Positions 20,393 to 33,428 of a stretch of DNA of 64,000 bases are shown in pieces. Where the stretch lies: positions 2,971,208 through 3,035,207 of the forward strand of contig NW_018407390.1 of NCBI RefSeq assembly GCF_002113885.1. The letters are read 5' to 3'. How positions within the stretch are numbered: position 1 is the first letter of the stretch; the number at the start of each line of letters is the position of its first letter. The notes below the pieces were generated by a model that was not told the origin of the DNA, made no database searches, and saw only the letters and a program-made list of their open reading frames with translations. The stretch comes from Mizuhopecten yessoensis (Eukaryota). Both the position numbers and the translations under genes were made by a program.

Positions 20393-22305
20393 TTTAGTTT
20401 AAACAGTATTTTATTCAATATATGTCTGTANCTTTATAGAGTTTAGTGCTTATTTGACAAAATTTATTCGCGTTTCTAGTATCGTGAGAATGAATGTCAG
20501 AATGACGAGCGGGGAGTATGTTAGTTAAATAGGAGGGACACTGACCGTGAAAATCTTATGAAGTTGTGTTATTTTATGTTTTCGTCTTCTTTCAATAAGA
20601 GGGTCCCAACCAGTTTCTTAATACAATCTCTCATGACTAGTTAATTTAGTGGCCCCATTTACAATCCTGGCTGCTTCGAGTTGAATATTTTCTAACAGTT
20701 GGCTTTGACCTATCGTTATATTGTCCCATATCACGTCCCCATATTCGAACAAAAGTTGAATAAAAGTAAAACAAATAGTTTGAAGCGTTTTTCTGTCAAT
20801 GGAAAATTTCAGTATTCTTAAAAGGCCTATTTTTTTAAGCTTTGTTAATTATATACTGAACATGATCAGTCCACCCTCCATTAGACGAGATAAAGACACC
20901 AAGGTGTTTGTGGCATGTTACCACTGTTAGTGGTTGTTGTTCATAGACAAAGGGGGATGAAGTGGTTTGACATTTTTTCTACTTACTGTCATTGACACTG
21001 TCTTACTAGGATTGAAATCGACAAGCCATGTTTTTGACCATTCATGAATTTTGTTTAGATTATCATTCAAGAGATTAGCGCTCCGATCCGGCAAATCCAC
21101 TATAACGTATAGAGACGTATCATCAGCAAACAACTTTATAAAACAATTAACATCTTCGACGATGTCATTTATCAAAAAATAGAAAAAATAATGGACCTAT
21201 AATTGACCCTTGAGGAATTCCAGCAGAAATGTAAGTTAAGTTTGATTGTTTACCATTGATGACAACATGTTGGCAGCGATTACGTAAATAGCTCGAGAAC
21301 CAATCAAATAATTTACTTGTGATGCCAAAGTTTCGGAGTTTAGAAAGAAGGCCACGATGCCATACTCGGTCGAAAGTATTACTAATATCGCAGAAGACCA
21401 TTCTAATTTCTTTACCATTATCTAAAGCGGAAAATACATCATTAGAAATAGATACAAGTTGATTTATAGTAGAATCACCGGATCTGAAACCCGGCTGACA
21501 AGATGAAAGTAGGGACTTGTCAGTTAAATAGTTATAAACATATTTATATATACAACTTTCCATCATTTTACATATAATAGACAAAAGAGAGATAGGACGG
21601 TAATTTCCGAGAACAGACGGATCATCTTTTTTTGTGCACGGGAGTATCATTCGCCCTCTTCCATTTCGACGGGAACTTATAAGCAGAAAAGAGTGGTTGA
21701 ATAATGTTTGAAGTGGATAACTAAGAACTTCGGCTGCTTCTTTGATTAGACGAGGGTTTATGAGGTCAGGACCAACAGCTTTTTTGCAGTCAAGAGAATG
21801 TATTACGTCAAGAACATTTTGTCGGGATATGACAATGTTAGAAAGAGTATGATTATGTGAGTTTGTGTAGATCAGGAGGGTCAACATTAGTGTCGTTAAT
21901 ATTATAATGTGAGCTGAAGAAAGTGTTAAAGACATTGGCTTTGTCTAAGTCGTCGTGTATAAAGTTACCGTTATAGGAAATAGGAGGAATATGGTGTTTT
22001 TTTGCTTGAGTTAGACATTAGACGATTAACAATCTTCCACCATTCTTTGCTACTGGTATTAGAATGATTAAGCTTTGTTCATACTTTGTTAAAATAATCA
22101 CGTTTGGATTTACGAATGGCATTTATACACATGTTACGAGCTTTCCTGAAATTCGACCAGTCGTGAGCATTCTGTGACTGTTAGGCTTTGCGGTGTATAT
22201 ACGTCCGTTTACGAATCAATTTTCTAATTGCACTATTCATCCAAGCAGCATCATTCTCTATTACAATTATGTCTTTATTAGGTATGCACTCATTGGCAAT
22301 TATAA
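20393..22305 (-). mobile_element. 5'-truncated, frameshifted CR1-clade LINE (RT pseudogene) with apparent 3' terminus, flanked by 80-bp direct repeats
   Basis: ORF2 motifs NYRPISLLS, GFRSGDSTINQL, FCDIS..FDRVWH, GIPQGSIIGPLFF, LFADDT, WLVDFNPSKT. 3' end AATAAAATACTGTTTAAACTAAA. Assembly N at 20431. Confidence 0.9.
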
Positions 22306-23049
22306 GCTGAGCGTAACCCCTGGATACCGAGGATGGAATGATATAGGCCCTTCATAAAAAGTGGAGGGTCTTTGAATTAGCAAGAGTTACTTCCCTTCTA
22401 TCAACTAGCTGTTCATTAAACACTCTTGTTCTAATTGAATGGATTAATTCACCGTTATATCAACTTATCGAAACTTGAAATAAAGTTCATACTTTAGACG
22501 CATAAATCAGCCTAAGCTTTAAAGATTTTTTATAAAGATTGACGTGTATGTTTAAGAAAGTTACCTATATTTTTTTTTATACCTGGGACGTTTAATTAAA
22601 ATATATTGATATATAGGATATTGATTCATAATACCATCCGCTATGCATTTGTTTGGCATTAGCATATATTTATAGGTAAAGAAAAAAAGTTTTTTTTTTA
22701 GTTTTCAAAGAATCAAATTCAAAATATACATGCCCACATATTTTCCTTGTTTAGTTTTAACAAGTTTCAGCTGCCACGCTGTTTATGCGGCCCTATCGAG
22801 CTACTAAACAGGTAGTATTTACCTGTGTAATTTTACTGTACAGGTACATTGTATGTGCACATGTAACACCTGTTTTACTCTCGTTAAAATTACTTTGTTT
22901 GTATCCACTTAAACAATCTTATAGCGACGACAAATTTTAAACCTAGCCAGTGTTTTAAAACACAACGAAGTTTTTCAGCCCTTTGAAAGTGCATACCAAC
23001 TAAAGACTATGCCAATGACTCTACCACTCACACACAATAATCACCTCTG

Positions 23050-23298
23050 CAGGCTGGGGATCGGGAACAGAATAATGTGACCGGGCGGAATGCTGTGCTT
23101 GGTGCCTTCGGCATGGCATTTCAGTGAGATAGCACTATAAAGTCGGCATCAGATCCGCGCTGTCACAAGGAGGCAAGCACACCAACATACACTGGCTCCT
23201 GCATACACACACGGAAGCACGTATACACTAAACACATGGAGGCACGTCCTTAAATGACCTTAACTGTTAACGTTAAACAAAATCAAACCAAACCAACC
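23050..23298 (+). mobile_element. 5'-truncated SINE related to the element at 37362-37920 (Meta-like core, (AAACC)n tail)
   Basis: Shares TGTGACCGGG...TTCAGTGAGATAGCACTATAAAGTCGGCATCAG and GACCTTA.CTGTTAA...CGTTAAACAAAAT...AAACC. Confidence 0.75.
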
Positions 23299-24033
23299 AT
23301 ACACACTACAATGGTATCAAGTCATGACGTTCGATCTGTGACAAAATAATGAAACCATCTGTGATTCAGCTTTGGGATCGTACTGTCTGCTCCACATTCT
23401 GTGACTATCGATGTCTTGATTCACACCACTTTGGCCGTGAACTGGTCATTGATTTGAATTATGGAACGATGATATTTTACTACTTGCTTTGTCCAACAGT
23501 AATATTAGGTTGAGGAGGTTTTGTAGAGTGTTTTGGTCAAAATTGAATGAAACTGAATGGCTGACCGCACTGTATTCAGATAATACAGCTCAACATGTTC
23601 CAATCAATATATTACTTGTAGGAATGTTTTGTGTTTTGTTGCTATTCTCTGTGTCGATTTTTACATAACTTTTTTTCGTTTCTATTCAACATCTGGACAT
23701 AAAAAATAGAAATTGTGCGAATAATCATCTGCATGTTGTAAGATCAGATTGGTTGAGGGCCTTCTGGGTCCTCTGCTAAGGGACACTGAAGAATCCAAAA
23801 TCGATATGATGCCAACATTGCACACTAGAGATCTACTTTTCTGTTCTTTCTTTCCCACTCTTCCTCTACGGCAGTGTTCCCCTAGGCACCCATATTCATA
23901 TGACCTTGATTGTGCCAAGGACATTTAACCCCAAACAAAGAAGCCTGACCATTTTTAACGAGGAGCATATTTATAGCAAGGACAATAAGTAATCATCCAG
24001 GGTGATAACAGAAGTGCTATGAGTATCTGGTTA

Positions 24034-25163
24034 AACAAGGACACAGCTGAAACAAAGTCACATGTTATTGTTCTCGGTCACAGCTTCAACAAGGAAACAG
24101 CTCGAAACAAAGTCACAGGTCATTGCTCTCGGTCACAGCGTTAACAAGGAAACAGCTCGAAACAAAGTCACAGGTCATTGCTCTCGGTCAAAGCTACAAC
24201 AAGGAAACAGCTGAAACAAAGTCACAGGTCATTGCACTCGGTCACAGCGTCAACAAGGAAACAGCTGAAACAAAGTCACAGGTCATTGCCCTCGGTCCCA
24301 GCTTCAACAAGGAAACAGCTGAAACAAAGTCACAGGTCATTGCACTCGGTCACAGCGTCAACAAGGAAACAGCTGAAACAAAGTCACAGGTCATTGCACT
24401 CGGTCATAGCTTCAACAAGGAAACAGCTGAAACAAAGTCACAGGTCATTGCTCCCGGTCACAGCTTCAACAATGAAAGAGCTCAAAACAAAGTCACAGGT
24501 TATTGTTCTCATTCACAGCTTCAACAAGGAAACAGCCCGAAACAAAGTCACAGGTCATTGCTCTCGGTCACAGCTTCAACAAGGACACAGCTCGAAACAA
24601 AGCCACAGGTCATTGCTCTCGGTAACAGCTTCAACAAGGAAAAAGCTCGAAACAAAGTCACAGGTCATTGCTCTCGGTCAACGCTTCAACAAGGAAACAG
24701 CTCAAAACAAAGTCACAGGTTTTTGCTCTCGGTAACAGCTTCAACAAGGAAACAGCTCGAAACAAAGTCACAGGTCATTGCTCTCGGTCACAGCTTCAAC
24801 AAGGAAACAGCTGAAACAAGGTCACAGATCATTGTTCTCGGTCACAGCTTCAACAAGAAAACAGCTCGAAACAAAGTCACTGGTTATTGTTCTCGGTCAC
24901 AGCTTCAACAAGGAAACAGCTCGAAACAAAGTCACATGTCATTATTCTCGGTCACAGCTTCAACAAGGAAACAGCTCGAAACAAAGTCACAGATCATTGC
25001 ACTCGGTCACAGCTTCAACAAGGAAACAGCTCGAAACAAAATTACAGGTCATTGCTCTCGGTCACAGCTTCAACAAGGAAACAGCTCGAAACAAAGTCAC
25101 AGGTCATTGCTCTCGATCACAGCTTCAACAAGGTAATAGCTGAAACAAAGTCACAGGTCATTT
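24034..25163. repeat. 54/55-bp minisatellite, ~21 copies
   Basis: Unit CACAGCTTCAACAAGGAAACAGCT(C)GAAACAAAGTCACAGGTCATTGCTCTCGGT. Confidence 0.95.
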
Positions 25164-27039
25164 CTCCAAAACACAAGAAATGTGTTTTTTAAGTAAAAAG
25201 ACATCGTGGGATAAGTATGAACCTTTCACAAATTAAATATCACTAATATCTATGCCAAGTTGCATGCTTATCCCAAAATGCCAAAATTATGTACAATTAG
25301 CCCTTATTATTTGAAATAGGCAGAACAATTGTTAAAACAATGAAATGGGTTAACTGTAACGATTAAAACAGTCACTTTCTTTGAGGCTAGGACAATTAAA
25401 ATTACCAGAAAATAAACCTTCATATATTAAATTCATCATTTTACAGTTTTTGTGGTGGCAAATGCCATTTTTCATTTGTAAGTTAACTTTGATAAGTAAA
25501 AAAACAAATCAGGACCTGGAACTCACTATATATAATATCCAATATTAACAATTAATATCTTATACTTATAGCATATAAAGGATGACCTGCACCTATTAAT
25601 TCACTTAAGATTTAGAGATGTTTGAAATAGCCAAGTTTGAGATGTGACCAGAAGCGATAATTCAGTATAAAACACAAGGAAAGTGTGTAGAGTATTTGCA
25701 CTTTATTGAAAGTTTACTTAAATGAGTAAAGTTGTCATTTCAACTCCAGTTTCTTAATTAATGGATATTACACTGTAACAGTACTAGTTGTATGTTTGTC
25801 TAAGGATTTTACAAAGGAAATTTAGATATTTTAATACGATACATTTTTGCGCATTTAAATTGTTCACAAAATGACGTTTCCAAGCATCCAATCACGTTAC
25901 ACATCTATTGAAACAAATTTATGAGATGCGCATCATCTGTCAAATGATCATTTTCAAAGTACAAAATGAGGTGATACTTTCTCACGCTCAAAAATTGAAT
26001 CCACAAAAATGCCATTGTACAACCTCGCATATAAAGTGTATCCGCCGTGCCTAAAGTGAATTACTATTCTGTTGCTATGATGTCTCAAGCCACGGCAATC
26101 AGCCACAGGATTGGCTGGGTTTGACATAATCCTAGTTTTTTTGTAGAAGGGGAATTCAACAGTAATGCATCAAGAAAAACTTCGATTACATTCGAGTTTA
26201 CTTTGACATTTTGATGAATAGTTTTCCTTCCCTGTGAAATCCACAAAGCGACATCTCCTGTCTCTTGGGAAGAACCACGGAACATTATCCGTCATATTGG
26301 AAATCAAGTCAGACTCGGTCCGTGTATAAAGCTTACGAGAGGTATTAGCGGCTGCTGTATCATAGCGATTGGTTAATCAAATCCACACGATAACTGGCAA
26401 AAAGTCACTTGTCCTGCTCCGCGATTTGGTGGACAAAATACAATTTGTAGTCGCTGCAGCGGGCTAATTATGGCGTCAGTTTATCGTGGGCTGTTACCGT
26501 CTAGATCTCATCATGGCGACTTACTCCAGTCTCCAGTAGCTCTTGATGTCATCTCTCAAATGTAGCAGACCAGCGCCGGCACGTGAGGGGCGTGCCAAGG
26601 TCTACGTAGGCTGTGATTCTTCTAATGCTTCGCGAACGTTTCATTCATATCTAAAAGTTCGTATTTTTAACTCTTTAATCTGTTGAATGAGATATAGTTA
26701 AACAGATGAGTGTCTTCGCTTGTGTTCCTTAATTTTTCCCGAGGAGTTACTTTCACAAATATTTATTTCGCGAAAACATGTAGAATAATCGCGATTTTTT
26801 AACTCTTTATCTATATTTTAGGTAGTGTTTTGGCGAAGTAACGCAACACGAAATATTTATGATCTTTAAAACACTTAACAAAGTTTTCAGAGATTTCGAT
26901 GAAACGACCGAATGCGTAGGTATAACCTACGTTATAATAATGATGATTGTCTACTACTACTAAAAGGTATGCTCCGTTCTAACTATTTGTTATTGAATAA
27001 TAAACTTTGTGTTAATACACATAGCATCATGTTTACTAC

Positions 27040-27601
27040 ATTTGATAACATCATTTTTGAGTCACTTCGTCTGATAACATTATGTTTGAGTCACAATGTG
27101 AGATAACATTATAATTGAGTCACTTCGTGTGATAACACTTTGTTTGAGTCACTACGTATGATAACATGTTTCAGTCACGTCGTGTGATAACACTTTGTTT
27201 GAGTCACTGCGTATGATAACATGTTTCAGTCACTTCGGGTGATAACACTTTGTTTGAGTCACTGCGTATGATAACATGTTTCAGTCACGTCGTGTGATAA
27301 CACTTTGTTTGAGTCACTACGTATGATAACATTATGTTTGTATCTCTACGTGATATACCACTATATTTGAGTCACTGCGTGTGATAACATGTTTCGGCAC
27401 TTCGTGTGATAGCATCATGTTTGAGTCACTGCGTGAGATAACATTGTAATTAAGTCACTCTGTGATATACCATTATACTTGAGTCACTGCGTGAGATAAT
27501 ATTATAATTGAGTCACTCCGTGATATACCATTATACTTGAGTCACTTCTTTTATAACATTACATTTTAGTCTCTACCTGTTATACCTTTATGTTTGAGTC
27601 A
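27040..27601. repeat. Degenerate 26/29-bp tandem repeat (TGAGTCACTRCGTRTGATAACA...)
   Basis: Visible periodicity, with a 55-bp dimer in the centre. Confidence 0.85.
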
Positions 27602-27922
27602 TGTGTATTCTGATATCAATATATTTGGTGACACAGGTTGCACTTTTTAATAATAAAGGCTGCAATGGTATATTTTATATTTATTTTTATTTTGGTCTTA
27701 TTTACTCTATTACAGATACAATCTATTGTGAACAGATTATTTTTGTTGGCCTTGGCATTTTTCTAAACTTGTAAACAGAAAAGTTTGCGATTGGTATATA
27801 CCTCTGTGTCCTGGAAGATGAATTTGTTTTAAAAATAAAAAATAGAAAAATACTAGCCCATGAGCTATGGGGTAGGGAATATTTGCTAACGTTGATCTAA
27901 CACTATTTATTTTATTTTTTAA

Positions 27923-28036
27923 AGGGCTGGCAACATTATAAACACATCCAGAACACATTTACGGCTTGTAAGGTATGCAAGCCTACCTTACAAGCCTTAT
28001 ATGTGTTCTGGAGGTGTTTATAATATTGTCAGCCCT
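27923..28036. mobile_element. 114-bp palindromic Kolobok-type MITE
   Basis: TTAA|AGGGCTGGCAACATTATAAACAC...GTGTTTATAATATTGTCAGCCCT|TTAA. Confidence 0.8.
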
Positions 28037-28971
28037 TTAATATATATATATTTAAAATAACGCAAAAGAAGACCTTTTTCATATACATCACGACTCTTCC
28101 CCGAGCGACAAACCACAGACCACAAACCAATCAGTATTTTTTTTTACCAATCTCGATGTTTGGCTTCGGTGTGAGCGCGCGAACGCCTCGTCAGAAATGC
28201 TGATGAAGCTGTCACTGACAGACACTGCTATTGATGTAACCAAATTGAATTTTGAACTGGTGACTTTGTCGTTTTTCATTAGCTGATGTCTAAATGGACG
28301 TTTTTAGCCTAACAGCGGACAAAATCTCCGGAAATGGTGCCAAAATAGACTTGAAGAATTGTATACCAGCCGTCGACCTTGTACCAAAGACTACGTCTGG
28401 TATCGGAGACAGAAAACCGCGGGCGAAAATTGACGGGACATCGGTCGAAATTGGTACAAAATCGACTACTACCACGACACCATCATCGAAAATAAACAGT
28501 TTTGCATTTAGAATGAATTTCTCAAGCATGTTTGTATCGGTCATCTAGTCATTGTGTACCATCTACTTAAACATGTAACACACCAACGAATGACCTCGTA
28601 AAAAAAGCTTTTTCAGACATTATGTAATGGCGATCGTTTTATTACGGAACAATACTAAATCATACTATTTTACATTTAATACTAATTATCATCCAATAAA
28701 TAAGTGTTAGGATATTACTACATATTCCGAAGACAACAAGTGCTCCGAAAGCATATTCCGAAGACAACAAGTGTTCCGAAAGCATATCCTAGTTGTAGTA
28801 CCACGCAGTTAATTGCCTTCTACAATTGTTAATCAGAGCCACACACAAGTCGTCTTCAGCTTTCTGAAGGGCCCTCCACATCAGTCGCCTCCTATGATCA
28901 CAGTGTCCCAAATTAGTTTAGACAAAAATGACTTTAATTTTTGGAGAGACCGAAAATCAATAAAAAGTGAC

Positions 28972-29512
28972 AAAACAAGCATACTGAGTATTGCTAAAGC
29001 AATACATGTCCCCTACCCGCCCCCGCTAGCTATTACACTGTAATATTTTATAAAAATGGTGCCCTTTGGTGTTAATTTGGGATAATGAAAAGTATACGAT
29101 TAGCTTGTAACTGATTTCAATGTAATAATAACACAAGAAATTGTAATATTGGTATTATGATAGAGGAATTATGTAAAATAAAATGATTGACGACCCTGAA
29201 ACTCAAACTTGTCCCAGATATTATTGTCCTTTGTATTTGTGTGAAGTTTGGTCAAATGAGAAAGAATGAAGCCGCTGGAGCGCTGACAAGGATTTTCTAA
29301 AAATAGTAACCTTGACCTTTACCAAACAACCATGACATTCGAAATTGTACGAGCTATTATGGTCCTTTGTATTTGTGTGAAGTTTGATAACAATCCTTCC
29401 AGGAATGAAGCCGCTAGAGCGCTGACAAACATTGGTGTTACATACGTACATACACGTACGGACGGAGAGGAAATCTATTGTCCCTCCGGTTTCACCGGTA
29501 GGGGACTAATAA
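28972..29512 (-). mobile_element. Helentron-associated non-autonomous element (HINE / DINE-1-like)
   Basis: Subterminal inverted repeats GTCCCCTACC (29008) and GGTAGGGGAC (29497), adjacent CCGG hairpin, (ACGK) microsatellite, two ~135-bp core repeats, terminal palindrome GTATTGC-TAAA-GCAATAC, T-rich ends. Confidence 0.75.
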
Positions 29513-32435
29513 GATAAAAGAAAAGAAAAGAACATATATGCATTAGTCCCCCCCTCCAACGTTCATTCTGCAGGAACGCCATGTAAGTCGCCCGGTAATA
29601 CTTCTACAGAGTCCAACATAAGTCGATGTCTACGATTATTAAACAGGGTCACTTATACCATGTAAGTTTATGGAGACATTCTACAGCCATTCTGCAGCAA
29701 CCCCACATAAGTCGCCAGGGATACCTACATAAGATGTGAGGGACATCTTCGACAGGTCCACACATTTGTCACTTCAGCAATCATTCTATAGAGACCCAAA
29801 TATCAGTCGCGTCCTGCGATTATGTAATTGAAGCAGATTCGTCTGTCACCGAAACCTGCGTGATGTTTATCCATGCAGCAAAATAGAGTGATATCCAATT
29901 TAGTTATTTAATATAAATATCAAAAGTAAATCATTAGACTTCAAGCAAAAACATTGACAATTCAGTTTTATACGTGCGCTAATGCTTAGACCGAAACTTT
30001 CAGCAACTTAACATAGTGGTTTGATATCCATGTAAAATATTAACTTTTTGTATGCTTGTTTTAAGTAAGCTAATTCTGGAGAAAAGAAAAGAAAAGTTAG
30101 CTAACACTGTACTTAACGTTTATACGATATACATTGACCGTGTTTAGTTAATGCTGACAATACCTTTCGAAACTTGAACTGACAGAGTTGGTCGTGGTCA
30201 CAACCTTTTTAATCGTCAGCGATCTGTCTAGAGAATTCGACAATATGTGGTTCTGGAATCATGACGAGACCAACACGACATTGATGGTAACGAGTCAAAT
30301 GCTCTGTATGATAGCAAGCTCGCGCGCGTCTCTCCTATTTGTGTCGAGTGGAGAAGTTGTAAGCTGAATCATAATTGACAGCTACAGTCAACGGCAATCT
30401 GATATTGAATTTGACAAGATGTGTACTTTCGCTTTACAATGCTTTCACACTGCTTACTCAAGTCAGAGAAATAAGGTAATATGGAACAACAAAGAGTAGA
30501 AGGAACAGCTTTTTGTCAATCCTTTCACAACACTAATGGACTGTGAGTAGGACTAAATGGCCTTAACAGTTAATGTACACATATTGCAATGACGTATTGC
30601 ACATCTCCTATGGTTTCAGATCGGACACACTCTGCCATTGATTGGCCGCTGAAGGCATGAAATATTGGATTAAATTCAATGAATAATATTTCAATTAATT
30701 TACGGTTTACGCTATAATAAGGGCGGTCACCTCCTCAGCGGAACCTGTTGGCATTTCCCCGACATAATGGAGAGATGAATTTCTTCCTGCAGAGCTCTCT
30801 GAAATGATTATCCACTTTTGAAAGCACTGCGCTGTCGAATCCAAATCAATTGGATTTTAATACCAAAATATCTTTGATAAATGAAGGCCGAGAAAGCTGG
30901 TAAAGGAATAGCGCGATGGAAGCGTCGCTCGACACTTATTACAGGCAAATCGTGTTACAAATGCTATTTATCTATATAACTGTTAAAGGCTCATATAATA
31001 GATATTAAATTAAGGTCTCGGAAATAGGGAATTTATTAGGTTGAGATGGATTTCAGTGATGCTGTAAGCCTACGTAGCACCTGAGTCAGTCACCTATCAC
31101 CTTGTCTGCTTTTGTTTGATGATATCTCTCCTGATCGAATCATCGCCAATCGGATTAGGGGGCTGAGCATTACCACCGAGAAATGTATTCTCTGGTTGAA
31201 AACTGCTCCACATGCATCGGCGCGGAAATCTCCTAATCAAGATTTTCTATTTTTCATATCGTTTAGATTTGTTTGTGATTTGGTATCGGATAGGAAGGCT
31301 GGACGAGTAATATCAGACCCCATAGCCTCATCAGGGCAAGGAGCACCCAAGCGCGTGATAACCCGATCTGTTAATATAGCAACGTAATAATGGGAAAATC
31401 TGTCTTAAGGGCTTCTCGTCTATACCAGTTTGACTAATATTCTTAAATCTGTGATTTGTAAAATATCAATTGGACACACAGCACACGGCCAAACATATGA
31501 CAAGGCATACTGTCGAATATTCCCTTCATGTGGCCATTAGTTCTGGTTAATAGATTCGCCTGCCGCAGTGCTCTTGTATTAGACTTTAATGGTATGATCG
31601 CTAGGCTGGTCCTGACAAAGGGCGTTTGCGGCGTATTGGCGAACACAGCCTCTTCATGTAACGGATTAGGTGCAAGAAATTAGTTTTATTAGTGATTTTA
31701 GTCTTAACGATTGTCATTCGCCGTGTTTTCCAATTTCTCCCTTCAATGTGCCAGAAAATAGAGAGATATAAACGCAAAAATAGTCATTTGTTCTAACGGG
31801 TAACGTTGTCGTCTGCCCGTATCATAAGTCAAACAAATAGTGTTCAATCGGCGCTTGTTTCGTTGATGTGGAACGCCCAAACGCTCGTTTTGACAGTATT
31901 TATAGACGTAACGCCGCAAGAGGCATGGCGCAGGGTTAGCTTTGTGACACACCAATTTTAAATTATCGTCAGCAACTTTTTATTTTAATATTGAAATATA
32001 AAAAAAAATGTGAGCATTTTATGAACGAGAATTCTAAAATATTTGAAAAAATAAGAGTCAATAAAAGAGATGCATAACGTGTATATAATTTCAGCTTAGG
32101 TTAGTTGATGATGCGTTATGAAATCTGATTGTGTAATTCATGTCTCTTTAGGGAAATTGCTACCTTAAAATAGTTTTTAAAAGTACATCATCAAATCATC
32201 TTTTTTACTCTAGCATGCTTTTTGATTTTATAGTTGTATGTTGTTTAGTTAGGAAATCTCGTCAGTATGAAGTTAAAGTACTAACAGCAATAAGTGGTTA
32301 TATATTTTACATGTAATAATTAATATTTCATATAATATCTTATTTTGGTAATACAATAGACTAAGCAGATTACCATTGTACAACTATACACAGTTATATA
32401 GGAATAATAATAATGATAATAATAATACAACCAAT

Positions 32436-33063
32436 ACAATTAGCATATCCATTATTTTTTAGGAATTCACAGGAGCTGCCTTATCAGGCGCTAACTACTA
32501 TTCCTATGCCACCTGGCTAGCATCTTCCTTTGTGTGAATGCCTGCTTGTGTGCTGGAGATGTATTGTGTTCTGTTTTGTAGTGGGGCCGTGCTTCCAACA
32601 GTATCTCTTAAAGTGCCACCTCACTTGAATGTTACAGCACAGATACCGCAACATCCACCCCCGACCATTTTATACTCCACCTGGGTTGTTAAAGTTGTGT
32701 GGGCAGGAGAAAAACGCTTTCTCTGATATTCCATGGAATGTGTGTACTGTAATTATATCGGTCAGTACAACTGTACGGGGATATGAGTACAATACAAGGA
32801 CGCTACACCTACTTCTTTACAACTTCTACATCAGCCGCTTACCTCTATCTTTACTTATAACATGAAAAACAGGTTCGTTTTATGCAATCTCTATACTGTA
32901 AAATGTAGTTATTCAACATGTTTGTCAAGATGGATGTGGCATAGAGGTCCAGTGACATTTAATCCCTGACGAAGGGCTAAGCCCGAAAGCTTGAAAAGAG
33001 TGACTTACAAGTTCATTAATATTATTGCGTTCCCTATAGGAACATATGTTTATGGACAATTAG
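32436..33063 (+). mobile_element. ~620-bp non-coding element bounded by ACAATTAG direct repeats and carrying a minimal hammerhead (Penelope-like / retrozyme-like)
   Basis: GC-richer island in AT-rich flanks, 8-bp terminal direct repeat, hammerhead core near the 3' end. Confidence 0.5.
32961..32998 (+). ncRNA. Minimal type I hammerhead ribozyme motif (stem I degenerate)
   Basis: CTGACGA-A-GGGC(TAA)GCCC-GAAA-GCTT: core, 4-bp stem II and palindromic AAGCTT stem III typical of Penelope-associated minimal hammerheads. Confidence 0.6.
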
Positions 33064-33428
33064 TGTAAAATGTATGTTTTAATTGTAAAACCTTCGGTTA
33101 TATTTTCTTCATCTTGTTGTTTTTGTATTCAATATTTATATATTTATGTTCAAAATCATGTGATATATATTCAGAATATTTTAATGAATAATAATCCCTA
33201 GAAATACGAAGCAATAATGCACCTATTTGAAATGTTGTCTGTAGATGCCGAGAGACAAATTAAACACTTAACATTACCATATGACCATTACTTTATTTAG
33301 GATTCATCACTGGTACTAAGGTCGAAAGAATGAAAACTCTGTGACTAAAGTGTTTCGAATAATATATAGAATACAGCGAAAAGGGAAATGTGTCTATTAA
33401 ATCCTTTATAACGTTACAGACCTACAGC

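Noticed and set aside
20927-21935. Active reverse transcriptase gene
   Set aside because: Frameshifts, 5' truncation and no endonuclease domain; a LINE relic.
22340-22372. ATAAAAAGTGGAGGG resembling a twister ribozyme 3' strand
   Set aside because: Upstream conserved twister elements and pairings are absent.
24123-25192. 337-aa and overlapping ORFs
   Set aside because: By-product of a 54/55-bp minisatellite; the frame rotates with unit length and there is no domain or splice context.
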